Positions 38,346 to 48,557 of a stretch of 64,000 nucleotides of DNA are shown piece by piece (position 1 is the stretch's first letter; the number at the start of each line of letters is the position of its first letter). The stretch lies in contig CP075497.1 in assembly GCA_021613535.1 (NCBI GenBank), positions 496,001 to 560,000 on the forward strand, read 5' to 3'. The notes beneath the pieces are model-generated. The model ran no database searches, was not told where the DNA came from, and worked only from the letters and a program-made list of their open reading frames with translations. The translations under genes and the position numbers were made by a program. Source of the stretch: Adineta vaga. Its lineage: Eukaryota; Animalia; Rotifera.

Positions 38346-40526
38346 ATGGGTGCCGGGAAATCAGGAAGTATACAAAATACCAATCAATCATCTACAACTT
38401 CGAAACATGATCCCGAACGACGTCGTATCAATATCCAAAACATTCGCAGTATCCGTATGATCTGTTTGTATAATAATACTGATAGTAAAAGCAAAGATTG
38501 GCAACAGGCTATTGCTGAAATGCAACATGCTGTTCATAATATTGTTACATTTTCGGATAGTGATCAATGTTTGGAATTTATTCGAAATGACGATATTAAA
38601 GTATGTGTAGTCATTTTCGGATCACTTGGACAGGAATTCATATCTCGCATACATGATATGTCTCAAGTAGATTCAGTTTTTATCTTTTCTGACAATAGAC
38701 CACGTGACGAACAATTGATTAAACTCTGGACCAAGATCAACGGTGTTTTCCGAGATGCAGCACCGATCTGTCGAGCACTTAAAAAATCAATTCAACAAAG
38801 TGAACAAAATACCATACCACTTAGCTTTTTACCTTCAACTATAGATTTGGATCAATTAGATTTGCCTTTCTTATATACTCATATTCTTAAGGAAGTCATA
38901 TTAACCAGTAGTTATGAAGAAAAACATTTAAAAGAATTCATTGATTATTGTCGTGAATTATTTGCAAACAATGAAGAAGAATTGAATGATGTTAAAGAAT
39001 TCGAAAGCAAATATCGTAATCAAACACCTATATGGTGGTATACCAACGATTGTTTTTTAAATCCAATGCTCAATTATGCATTACGAACTATGAATGCTGA
39101 GATGATAACATGTATAAGTTTTTTTATTGTCGATCTTCATCAACAAATCGTACAACTTCATCAAGAACAATATAAAAGTAAATCATCATCTTCTGCAATC
39201 TTTACAGTATATCATGCTCAAGGTTTAACCAAAGTAGATTTTGAACAATTGAAAAAAAGTCGAGGTGGATTGATTTCATTTAATAATTTTCTTTTGACTA
39301 GTAAAAATTCTAAGCATTCACTTAGTTTTGCTCAAGATAATGGAACAAAAGGTGATTTAGTGGGCGTTATGTTTATTATGAAAATTGATCCTTCTCAATC
39401 ATCAAGTATTCCATTTGCTTCTATTCGTGATGTTAGTCATTCTCATACAGAAGATGGAATTTTATTTTCAATGCCTACACTTTTTCGAATTAATGATATT
39501 AAACGATTAACTGCAAACAATCGAATTCAAGAAGTCAATTTAACTCTTATTAATGATAAAGATAAAGATCTTGCTGTCTTAACAAATTATATTCGACAAG
39601 ACAATACTCCTGATAAACAAGGATGGTTTCAATTAGGTTCAATTTTAATTAAAATGAATTATCTTGATAAGGCTGAACAATTCTATCAATTTCTACTTGA
39701 TCAAACAAAAGATGTGACTAAAAAAGCAGCTATTTATGATCAACTTGGTCTGATTAAAAATATTGAAGAAAAATATTCGGAGGCAATAACATTCTATGAA
39801 AAATCCATAGCTATCTATCAGAAAACTCCTCCTACCAATCAACTTGATTTAGCAAATTTATATTTTAGCATTGGTATAATTTATTCTAAAATGGATAATA
39901 CATCAAAAGCAATTTTATCTCATACAGAAGCTCTTAAAATTCGTGAACAATTCCTTCCTTCTGATCATCTAGATTTGGCTAAATCTTACGGAAATGTTGG
40001 TTTATTATGTGTCAGTTTGAATGATTATCCAGCAGCTATATCATATTTTGAAAAAGAACTTATAATTAATGAGAAAATCTTTCCTTCGAATCATCCTGGT
40101 TTAGTTGTGTGCCTCATGGATATTGGTATGCTAGCTTACAACAACGGTAATTATTCCAAAGCACTAAGTTCTTTTGAAAAAGCTCTTGAAATTCGTCAAA
40201 AAACACTTTCTCCCAATCATCTGGATTTGGCTGAACTCTACAATAATATTGGTTTAGTATATAATAGCATGTCTGATCATTCGAAAGCACTTTCAAATCA
40301 TGAGAAAGCTCTTGAAATTCGAGAAAAAGCATTACCTGAGAATCATCCTGATTTAGGTGCATCTTTCAATAATATTGGTGTTACATATGAAAACATGGAA
40401 AATCACGTAAAAGCTTGTTCATTTCTTGTACGTTCTATAGAAAATGGAGAACGTTCATTATCACCAGATGATCCAATTTTACAATTACGAAAAGACAATC
40501 TTGAACGTATAAAGGAAAAAATGTAA
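38346..40526 (+). CDS. ART-like plus TPR protein, catalytic residues degenerate, N-myristoylation motif
   Basis: MGAGKS; WWYTNDCFL, VYHAQG, NNFLLTS, TEDGILF; 42-aa TPRs. Confidence 0.88.
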   Translation: MGAGKSGSIQNTNQSSTTSKHDPERRRINIQNIRSIRMICLYNNTDSKSKDWQQAIAEMQHAVHNIVTFSDSDQCLEFIRNDDIKVCVVIFGSLGQEFISRIHDMSQVDSVFIFSDNRPRDEQLIKLWTKINGVFRDAAPICRALKKSIQQSEQNTIPLSFLPSTIDLDQLDLPFLYTHILKEVILTSSYEEKHLKEFIDYCRELFANNEEELNDVKEFESKYRNQTPIWWYTNDCFLNPMLNYALRTMNAEMITCISFFIVDLHQQIVQLHQEQYKSKSSSSAIFTVYHAQGLTKVDFEQLKKSRGGLISFNNFLLTSKNSKHSLSFAQDNGTKGDLVGVMFIMKIDPSQSSSIPFASIRDVSHSHTEDGILFSMPTLFRINDIKRLTANNRIQEVNLTLINDKDKDLAVLTNYIRQDNTPDKQGWFQLGSILIKMNYLDKAEQFYQFLLDQTKDVTKKAAIYDQLGLIKNIEEKYSEAITFYEKSIAIYQKTPPTNQLDLANLYFSIGIIYSKMDNTSKAILSHTEALKIREQFLPSDHLDLAKSYGNVGLLCVSLNDYPAAISYFEKELIINEKIFPSNHPGLVVCLMDIGMLAYNNGNYSKALSSFEKALEIRQKTLSPNHLDLAELYNNIGLVYNSMSDHSKALSNHEKALEIREKALPENHPDLGASFNNIGVTYENMENHVKACSFLVRSIENGERSLSPDDPILQLRKDNLERIKEKM

Positions 40527-41134
40527 TTTTTATTTGTGAAGAAGAATGAATAATCTTTTTGGACCTTCAGATTTGTTTCTTATTTCCGAACTATCAAAGC
40601 GAGTTTGTCACTCTCAATTCGAGAATCGATAGAGATGAAAATATGATTTTGTTTCTTTGCATTTTCATATGTCTATAATCCTGTATAGCGAATATCGACA
40701 ACTATCTAAATTACTTTTTGTATAAAAATTATTCGATAGAAGAAACGAATAAAGATACCATTTTGTGCGTGTAAATCTTAGAACAAATTCCTATAAAACA
40801 AATATATCCTTGTAGTCTCTCATTTAAGTACATTATTCAAATTCTGAAGTTGGAAATTTATGGCCTTCGCTCTCAAAGAATTAATCGGATAAATCCGAAT
40901 CCAGATGCTGATAAGGGTGGATTAAATTTACTTTTCTTATCATGATAATCGCTATTTAAGTATTCATATATATATATGAAGTGCTTTTTTATCGTCGAAA
41001 ATAATGATAAAACAGTTGAATAAAAAGACTGCGTATTTCACTTCACTGACAACATATACAAAAACTTGATTTGAAAAATACATCTCATTCAAATTTCAAT
41101 TATACTTATTTTCACTTTTTTTGAAGTAAATAGT

Positions 41135-41662
41135 TTGGTTCAGCCATCCGATGTAATCTACATCAACCAGACACAGCCCAAAAGTTCCAACTGCCTAATA
41201 CAAGCACAACGCTTCTATCGAAAGTTCCAGACTGTTTACACATTTATTCTTAATCCACCTACCGTTTATATTCAAATCCCAGGCCTCGTTTTCCCTTTTT
41301 ACCATCAAACGCCTTTGCTTTATCGTATCCGATATCAAGCTGTTTGTCGAATAGTGAATACACATATGTTCATGCGAATACGCGTGGACAATCATTTAAT
41401 AATCGGCGACAAGCTCACTTCAAATATGTCACATGGCGACGGTGCCGATGGCTCATTTCGTTCCAACAACGATACATATGAATGGTTTCATTGTTCAAAA
41501 ACTGATATAATTTATCTGTCAGGTGGCTTACATGTGGTCGATGTTGTAGCTAAAGGTGACGGAGTTGAAATATCGGGTGGATTTTTGACAGTGGAGCTGA
41601 CGCAGTATGAAGACGGAGCTGATATTAACATACCTGCGGTAAACTTGCCAGCATCAATTTGA
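41135..41662 (+). CDS. Hypothetical beta-rich protein (probably a terminal exon)
   Basis: 175-codon ORF with raised GC, preceded by a possible AG acceptor; no family recognised. Confidence 0.5.
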   Translation: MVQPSDVIYINQTQPKSSNCLIQAQRFYRKFQTVYTFILNPPTVYIQIPGLVFPFYHQTPLLYRIRYQAVCRIVNTHMFMRIRVDNHLIIGDKLTSNMSHGDGADGSFRSNNDTYEWFHCSKTDIIYLSGGLHVVDVVAKGDGVEISGGFLTVELTQYEDGADINIPAVNLPASI

Positions 41663-41743
41663 ATACATGTCTGTTTCTATACGATTACATAATATGTATA
41701 AGACTTACAATGAGATAATTCTTTTCTTGTTGCTTATGACAAG

Positions 41744-41799
41744 TTGGATGTGGATATCTCCTCTTCTTTCACAACCACACCCTCATCCTTACCCTCAAG
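41744..41799. repeat. TGAGGG/TGTGGG hairpin element, loop type B-related
   Basis: GGATGTGGATATCTCCTCTTCTTTCACAACCACACCCTCA...ACCCTCAAG between convergent stops. Confidence 0.75.
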
Positions 41800-41825
41800 A
41801 TGTGTGTTAAATTCGCTTTTCTATT

Positions 41826-43243
41826 TTATGTAGAAAAAGATGTTCGTATAAGAACAAGAAGCAAAACAATTGTTGAAAATCTAAAGAAAGTGACATTTGT
41901 ACGACATGCAGACGAATTAATAATATCAGTTTCGAAACATTGAAATAGTGCAAGACTAATATTTTGAAATAGTTGATGAGTTTCTTTCGATCGATCACTT
42001 GGAACATTACCATCTCCATTAGTGAGAATAATCATCCCTAAATTATGCTTTTCATTGACCAACATCCAATGTAACGCACCTGGAAGTGAACCAGTATGAC
42101 CAATATATCGCCGTCCATCGCTCAAAGTCTGCCAATACCAACTGAGTCCAACTTTGATGGGCGATGTCTCTTCTGAATTGTTGGTTGCATCTTGTCCGAA
42201 GGGTGGAATGAGACCACCACCGACCACTATTTGCATTTCAGCAATTGATCGAGGACTGAGAAGAGAAGATCCATTGTTGATAAACATTCGAAGAAATACA
42301 GATAAAGAACGAGCAGACATGCGAAAGAGACCAGAAGGATAGACATTGAAGCCAAAGAAAGGAATGTATAGCCAAGTTGGAAAACTTTCCTGTCAAGAAA
42401 ATATAGATATTAATTCTAGAAATTATATTTTTGTACTTATACCAGCAACGGTGTCACATTTAATTGTGGCATTCCTTCTGTCCACGAACTGAGATGAGAC
42501 GCATTGAAAGCATAGGCATAATGCTTGACAAGCTCTTCTCTATTTTCAAAATCGGCTAGTCTAATACCTACTTTGTTGATATCGATATTAAGTGGTTGGA
42601 AAATTTTTTCTTTAACATATCTATCATAAGACATATTTGTCATCCGTTCAACGACTAATCCAGCTAGTGATGAACCATCATTCGAATAAAATGTCACACT
42701 ACCTGGTGGTTTTGGTAGCCAATGAGAACTATTCCAATTCACATTGGGCAACAATGTATCAGCTAATGTTGACTGTTCGAAAGCAACATCACCCGGGCGA
42801 TACAAGCTCAGTTGTAGATATTCATCTACAGCGATCGATGCTGAATGCGAGAGTAATTTACGCAGAGTAATCGAATGAGAAGGATACTTCGGATGAAAAA
42901 TACGATAACGTGATTCCGATAAGTATTGATTGATATCTGCATCGAGATCAACACGTTCCTCTTCAACAAGTTGCATGACAGCAGTAGCAATGAATGTTTT
43001 CGAGATCGAAGCCACACTAAAAATAGATTTTTCTACATCCATCATTTGTGGTGGAGAAAGAGATTGGTAGCCAAAACCTTGCTCGTAAAGTGTATGAGTA
43101 GCATTAATAACAATGATAACGGCTCCTGGAATATGAGACTTGTTCAACGACTCTTCGATCCACTGTCGATTTGGACAATTCATGCTTTTACCACCGCTAA
43201 CGATAAAAGCAAGGACAGCAATAGTTATTATTAAGCACGCCAT
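41826..43243 (-). CDS. Beta-lactamase-family (class C / PBP-like) serine hydrolase, signal peptide, hydrophobic C-tail, one intron (42390-42442)
   Basis: ASISKT (SxxK), LLSHSAS, YSN, GHTGS motifs. Confidence 0.9.
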
Positions 43244-43440
43244 TTTCTTTGTTCTGTTTTACAAATGATATTATCGTACTTTTCATGATATTTAATATAG
43301 GATAAGATTGTTTGCTTAGAAATTAGTAAAAGAAAATAGATAAAGCATGAGTAATAGCTTATTTTGTTAAAAACATTCATGTCGCGCGATCTTCACTATG
43401 TAGCCATATTCTATAGAACGGTTTGTAAAAAGCTGTAAAC

Positions 43441-43485
43441 GAGTGTGTGGGTGTGAAAGAAGAAGAGATACACCGACAACTTCAA
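43441..43485. repeat. TGAGGG/TGTGGG hairpin element, loop type B in reverse orientation
   Basis: GTGTGGGTGTGAAAGAAGAAGAGATACACC is the reverse complement of the type B loop. Confidence 0.7.
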
Positions 43486-43538
43486 AATATCCGTAACTGC
43501 CATGAAGTCAAATGTTGTTCGATCGACTGATATCAACT

Positions 43539-44225
43539 TTATTTGGATGTTTCTGGAATGGGAAACAACAAATGAGCACTATCATTAACTTTGACTAAAG
43601 ATATTCCATGTTGATAAAATAAAATCTCTGTAATGGCTGTATTCGCTTGTCCAATAATCCATGCATATCGAGGATTACTTTGAGTGTAATATTGTAATAC
43701 AGCTCGTATAAAATTGGCATGTGTAAAAATTACAATCGTGATTTCTCTTTTCTCGTTTAGACTTCGTTGTTTGGCTTGTTCAATATAGGGTTCTAAAAAG
43801 TCAATCGCACGTTTTTGTACCATTCGTAATGATTCACCTTCGGGTGGAATGAATTCAAAATGTAATTCGTTCATTTGTTTCATGACATCACTCGTATAAC
43901 ATAAGCAACGGCTCACTCCTTCCCAGTTGCCTTGTGATTGTTCTAAAAATGCACTCGAAAGAATTACTTTTGAGAAATCAATATCCATGATTTTCAAGAC
44001 AATTTCGGCTGTTTGTTTGGCACGTGTAGCCGTCGAGCATAAGACATAATCGAAGCTGGCATTTTGATATTTCAATCGTTTGCCAAGTAGAACAGATTGT
44101 TCATGTCCAAGCGGAGTTAATACACATGAAATATTTTGACCGCATAGAGTTTGTTTGGTTAGATTAGCTTCGGATTGAGCATGACGAATCAAACAAAGAC
44201 GTACTTGAGCATGTGTATCAGTCAT
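43539..44225 (-). CDS. Histidine phosphatase (phosphoglycerate mutase family), intronless
   Basis: LIRHAQS, LTPLGHEQ, RAKQTA, E...G.WEG, PEGES, FTHANFI. Confidence 0.9.
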   Translation of the reverse strand: MTDTHAQVRLCLIRHAQSEANLTKQTLCGQNISCVLTPLGHEQSVLLGKRLKYQNASFDYVLCSTATRAKQTAEIVLKIMDIDFSKVILSSAFLEQSQGNWEGVSRCLCYTSDVMKQMNELHFEFIPPEGESLRMVQKRAIDFLEPYIEQAKQRSLNEKREITIVIFTHANFIRAVLQYYTQSNPRYAWIIGQANTAITEILFYQHGISLVKVNDSAHLLFPIPETSK

Positions 44226-44431
44226 TTGTCTAGAAAAGTCAAATAACGAATTGGCATTCGATCCGTTCCTTTTACAGAGAGCAGAAAAAAATCAAATGTT
44301 TCATGGGAAGAAATGAGTATAGGTCTTGCACACGAACAGTGTGGTGTGATATACGTATACGACGTATTTTCTGTCCAGATGTATGTCTTATCAATGAGAA
44401 AAAACGACGAAATCGATACTCTCAGTAGCAC

Positions 44432-44502
44432 TATCTTGAGGATGTGGGGGTGGATGTAAATGTAAAAAATACAGAAGAACCCTCACCCACATCCTCAAGA
44501 TA
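44432..44502. repeat. TGAGGG/TGTGGG hairpin element with perfect 17-bp arms
   Basis: TATCTTGAGGATGTGGG (44432-44448) / CCCACATCCTCAAGATA (44486-44502). Confidence 0.9.
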
Positions 44503-44786
44503 TCAAGAAAAAGACGACTAAAAAGAAATAAATGCAAAAAAAAACATTGAGCACGTGATACACGACATTAATTCTGTGTTGTTACGTTTTTTTTCTCCTT
44601 ATTTACTTCGACTGCAAACGCTATCGAGAAAGAAAAGAATCGTATCCAGTAAAAATAAAAACGGGGAATATCCAATTCGTGCATATTTTTATCACGTTGT
44701 CACAGTGTGACAGCCAATATAAAAATTTTAGAAATAAATCTTCGGCAAGCAGAATTCTATGTTGAAATGAAAACTTATGAATTCAT

Positions 44787-45170
44787 CTTGAGGGTATGGG
44801 TATTAGCATTACATCTATCTAATACTCACACCCACACCCATCTATATATTATTGAAATTTATTATAGAATTACTTTATTTATAGATAATTTTGTAATATA
44901 TTTTAGTTAATAAAATTCTTTTCCAGTATGCACCTGGAAGTTCTTTAGAAAGTATCTGTATGATGTTTGAATCTCAAATGTGTTGTTACAATTTTATTTA
45001 AGTAGGTAAAGTAAGCACTATATTTGAGTATTTCTTGTCCAGATTCGCCTGAGAACTTGTGTTGAGTCTAAAAATGATTGTACTGAACTCAGAAGTTAAT
45101 TCTCTATCAAACGATGCAGTTTTCGACATGGGTCACCGAGAGAAAAAATTGTCACCCACCCACCCTCAAG
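44787..45170. mobile_element. MITE-like element bounded by CTTGAGGGT...ACCCTCAAG, containing a type A hairpin and the 170-bp repeat
   Basis: Terminal inverted match, AT on both flanks; 45002-45170 is similar to 13143-13316. Confidence 0.6.
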
Positions 45171-47426
45171 ATTTTCGTAATTTATTTCAAATGATTACGA
45201 GAGGAAACTTTCTGATTATAATAAGTTTATTTTAGATTTTATTATCTATTTATATATAGAAATATTTTCAACAATTCACAATAGTTTATGTGTATAATTT
45301 CTTTCTTATTTGATGATAGAATATATTCAAAGTATATTTGAAAAGTTGATTATTCATCATCGTTATTCCTATGTCATAATAAATATAAGATGTAAATCAA
45401 ACAATTCAGATAATCAAATGTTAAAAAAAGTTAATTTCCTCACTTATCTCCTTTAAAAGAATATAATTAAAATAAATTCTTGCTCAGAAATGATGATATT
45501 TTTTAATAATATTATCACATTTATATAAAAAGAAAAAAGTTTTTATTGTATTTTCAGTATTACTTATCATATTAAAGACTTCAAAGAACAAATATATATT
45601 GAAATTAAGAAAGCTTTCAGCGCGATTCAAAATGTGAAGCATGATTAACTCAATATTTTTATTTTTATGGAGTAGCTATAGCAACACTTCTCACTTATAC
45701 GATTTCTGACAGATCACTAAGGTATAGTGTCATTTAAGCGAAATTAACTATTTCCGAAAAGTACGATGACGAAAAACAAAATTTTGAGGATTTGTATTAA
45801 CATACTTTCCCTACGCGCACATTCTTCTTCAATATTTTGATAAGAAAAAAGACTTACACTTAAAAATCTGTTCACGCAAAGCTTTTTTTTGCTTTATTAC
45901 TTTTTTGCTCATATGACATCATATCATATAGAATTCATTTTATATTTTCATTATCAAAAGTTCTAATCATAGTTCTTAAATGCCTTTCTTCAATTATTGT
46001 TTATCATCGAATAAATGATTCAGTAACGAGAAAATATTTTCGATAAATCCATTACTAATTCGATATGAATACAAAGAAACAATTAAATTAGAATTTTAGG
46101 AAAATTAATAAAAGAAAATACCAAATCTCTATGAATACATTCGCAACTTTTCAGTATGCTAAAACAAGTGAAATATAATTGAAATAAAAAGTGTCTCAAA
46201 TTCTGAATCTTTCCATATTTTTCGGAAGATCTGTTAACTTTAATCTGATTACTCTTTCATATTCCTTAAAAATATCAAAGAAAAATTCTAAGCAACAAAG
46301 TATTATTAAGATGACTCAGTCAATATACTGATTCACATATCTATCATTAACCTACATTATGTTTTTAATTCAATAGATTCATCATATACATGCGAAAGAC
46401 AAAAAAATTCTATGATACAATTTTTTTAACAGAAAAGAAAGATAAACTGATGAATGAAAAATCATATTTATAAAAATAGAATAGAAATAAATGAAGCAGC
46501 ATGATTAATATGAGAAGACGTCATATAGATTTCATTTGTAAAATAAGTTATTTTACCGTAAAATTTACATTAATAATGTTGTTCATTAGAGTATTTTTTT
46601 CCTACTCTACACTTATCTTTGCATTAAAATATCATCGTTCTATCACATCATGTCTATGAGAGCGACTATAAGAAATATTTTTATCAACGCATTTTTTTTC
46701 TTCTTAATAAACAGATGCAGAAACTTCGGATTTTATCCGGAAGTTATGTGTACTGCGAAAAGTGTATGAGAGGGATGAATCATAATAGATCATCAATATT
46801 GATAGATATGGAGATCCATTTTTTTCCTTTCCTTTTTGATAGTCCTTCCAACTACCTACAAAACCAAGCATTTGCGAAACTCCAGAACTACAGGTCATCT
46901 GAGAAGTACTTAGGTAATTTGGTGTTAAAATACAGTTTTTGTGTATTTTGAAACCTTTTTTCAAGCATTTTTCCATTAGGAAACTACGATTTGACTGAAA
47001 ACTGATATCCGATTCGGAATCAGCGTTAAAAACTGAGTCGATTTCTATATGTTTTAAATCATTTCGAGAAATAAATTGTTTTTCAAAAAAACCTTGTATC
47101 TCCCCTCAGGGATGTTCTGGCCAATGATGACAGTATTTTCAATAACTCAGCCATTTCTTGAGAGATCATTCTCATCTTCGAACTCGAGCGAGATATTGAT
47201 GAGACAATTATATGCACAAAGTTTCAGCTCAATCGAATGCAGTTGTGAAGAGTTATTATGTAAACGGACGGACGACCGGACACACTGACCGATTTTAGTG
47301 GTGTACTCACTTTTTGAGTACACAAAAACCTTCAGTGAATTGAATAGATTATAATATTTTCTCTTTTTACTTTTATTTCTATTGAAGAGCATTAGTATAG
47401 TTACAATAGTTGATCATAATAACAAG

Positions 47427-48290
47427 ATGTCTTCTTCTCCTAGCAATGAATTGATGAATTATAATTCAGGTGGTTCAATCATAACTCTCGTCCAAATGCC
47501 AATTCTTTCATTGACAATTTTTCTCACTATTGGTTACATTGCATTGTTACTTATTCGACCTACATTTCGTCACAATAAACTCAATTGGTTTACAATCAAT
47601 GTATGTTTAACAAGTTTATATTTATCTATTTATTTTCTTACTATAAATATTCAATTCTTACTTAACATTTCAAATCCTCTCTCTATTCATCTTCAATTAT
47701 TTTTTCAATATATGGGTATATCTCAAGTAACATATTCACATTGTGCAGTTGCCTGGACTAGACTTTTAACTATTGTTTATGCAAATAAACGTATTTTTCA
47801 ATCAAATTTATGTATATGCTTTTGTATCGTTTGTGGATGGATTATCGCCATTTTTCTCACTTCACCTCTTTTATTCGCAGATATTCTTATACTTGAATCA
47901 AATTCATTAGCAACAAACTTTTGGTCGTATTATTTTATTATCATTACATTGATCTTACCACTTATTATTGTCACTTCATGCAATATTCGTACATTAATTT
48001 TTATACGAAGTTCTGCTCGTCGAGTACACGCGATAGGCATTGGTGGTCAAGTAAATCACAATCGTGATGCACTTCTCATTAAGACAATGATTGGTACTTT
48101 TGTCGCATTTCTAGGAGGGTGGTCTCCTCCTTTGATATTACAGTTATTCAATAGAACTGCTGATATTCCTATATCTCTGAATATATTTTTTCAAATAGTT
48201 GCAGCATTCACTTTATTACAAACTGTAATATTATTAATAGGTACTAATCAACCGGTACGAATTTTTCTAAAACAATTCTTGAGGATGTGA
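47427..48290 (+). CDS. Divergent class A (rhodopsin-like) GPCR
   Basis: Seven hydrophobic helices; AWTRLLTIVY (DRY-equivalent), GWSP in TM6, TNQPVR after TM7. Confidence 0.8.
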   Translation: MSSSPSNELMNYNSGGSIITLVQMPILSLTIFLTIGYIALLLIRPTFRHNKLNWFTINVCLTSLYLSIYFLTINIQFLLNISNPLSIHLQLFFQYMGISQVTYSHCAVAWTRLLTIVYANKRIFQSNLCICFCIVCGWIIAIFLTSPLLFADILILESNSLATNFWSYYFIIITLILPLIIVTSCNIRTLIFIRSSARRVHAIGIGGQVNHNRDALLIKTMIGTFVAFLGGWSPPLILQLFNRTADIPISLNIFFQIVAAFTLLQTVILLIGTNQPVRIFLKQFLRM

Positions 48291-48300
48291 GTGAGGGCGT
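48278..48300 (+). repeat. Half copy of the hairpin element overlapping the GPCR stop
   Basis: CTTGAGGATGTGAGTGAGGGCGT. Confidence 0.65.
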
Positions 48301-48557
48301 AAACAAAGTATATATCTTCATTATAAAAATAATAATATTAATTCTAATGAACTTTTGGAAGGATTGCCTTATGTTGTTGTTAAGAATATCAAATCGAAAA
48401 GAAAATAAAGTTTCTCTATACTTTATCTACTAAATTTTTTATTCAAACACTAGTTGTAATTTATATTCATTTGTTTTTTTAATAAAAAATAAATCTACGG
48501 TCATATAAAAATATATTTTTTATGTTTTAGATTCAAAATTTTATTAAAATTTATTGT

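Noticed and set aside
46700-47330. Possible MITE remnant with internal palindromes
   Set aside because: Could not define paired termini or a TSD.
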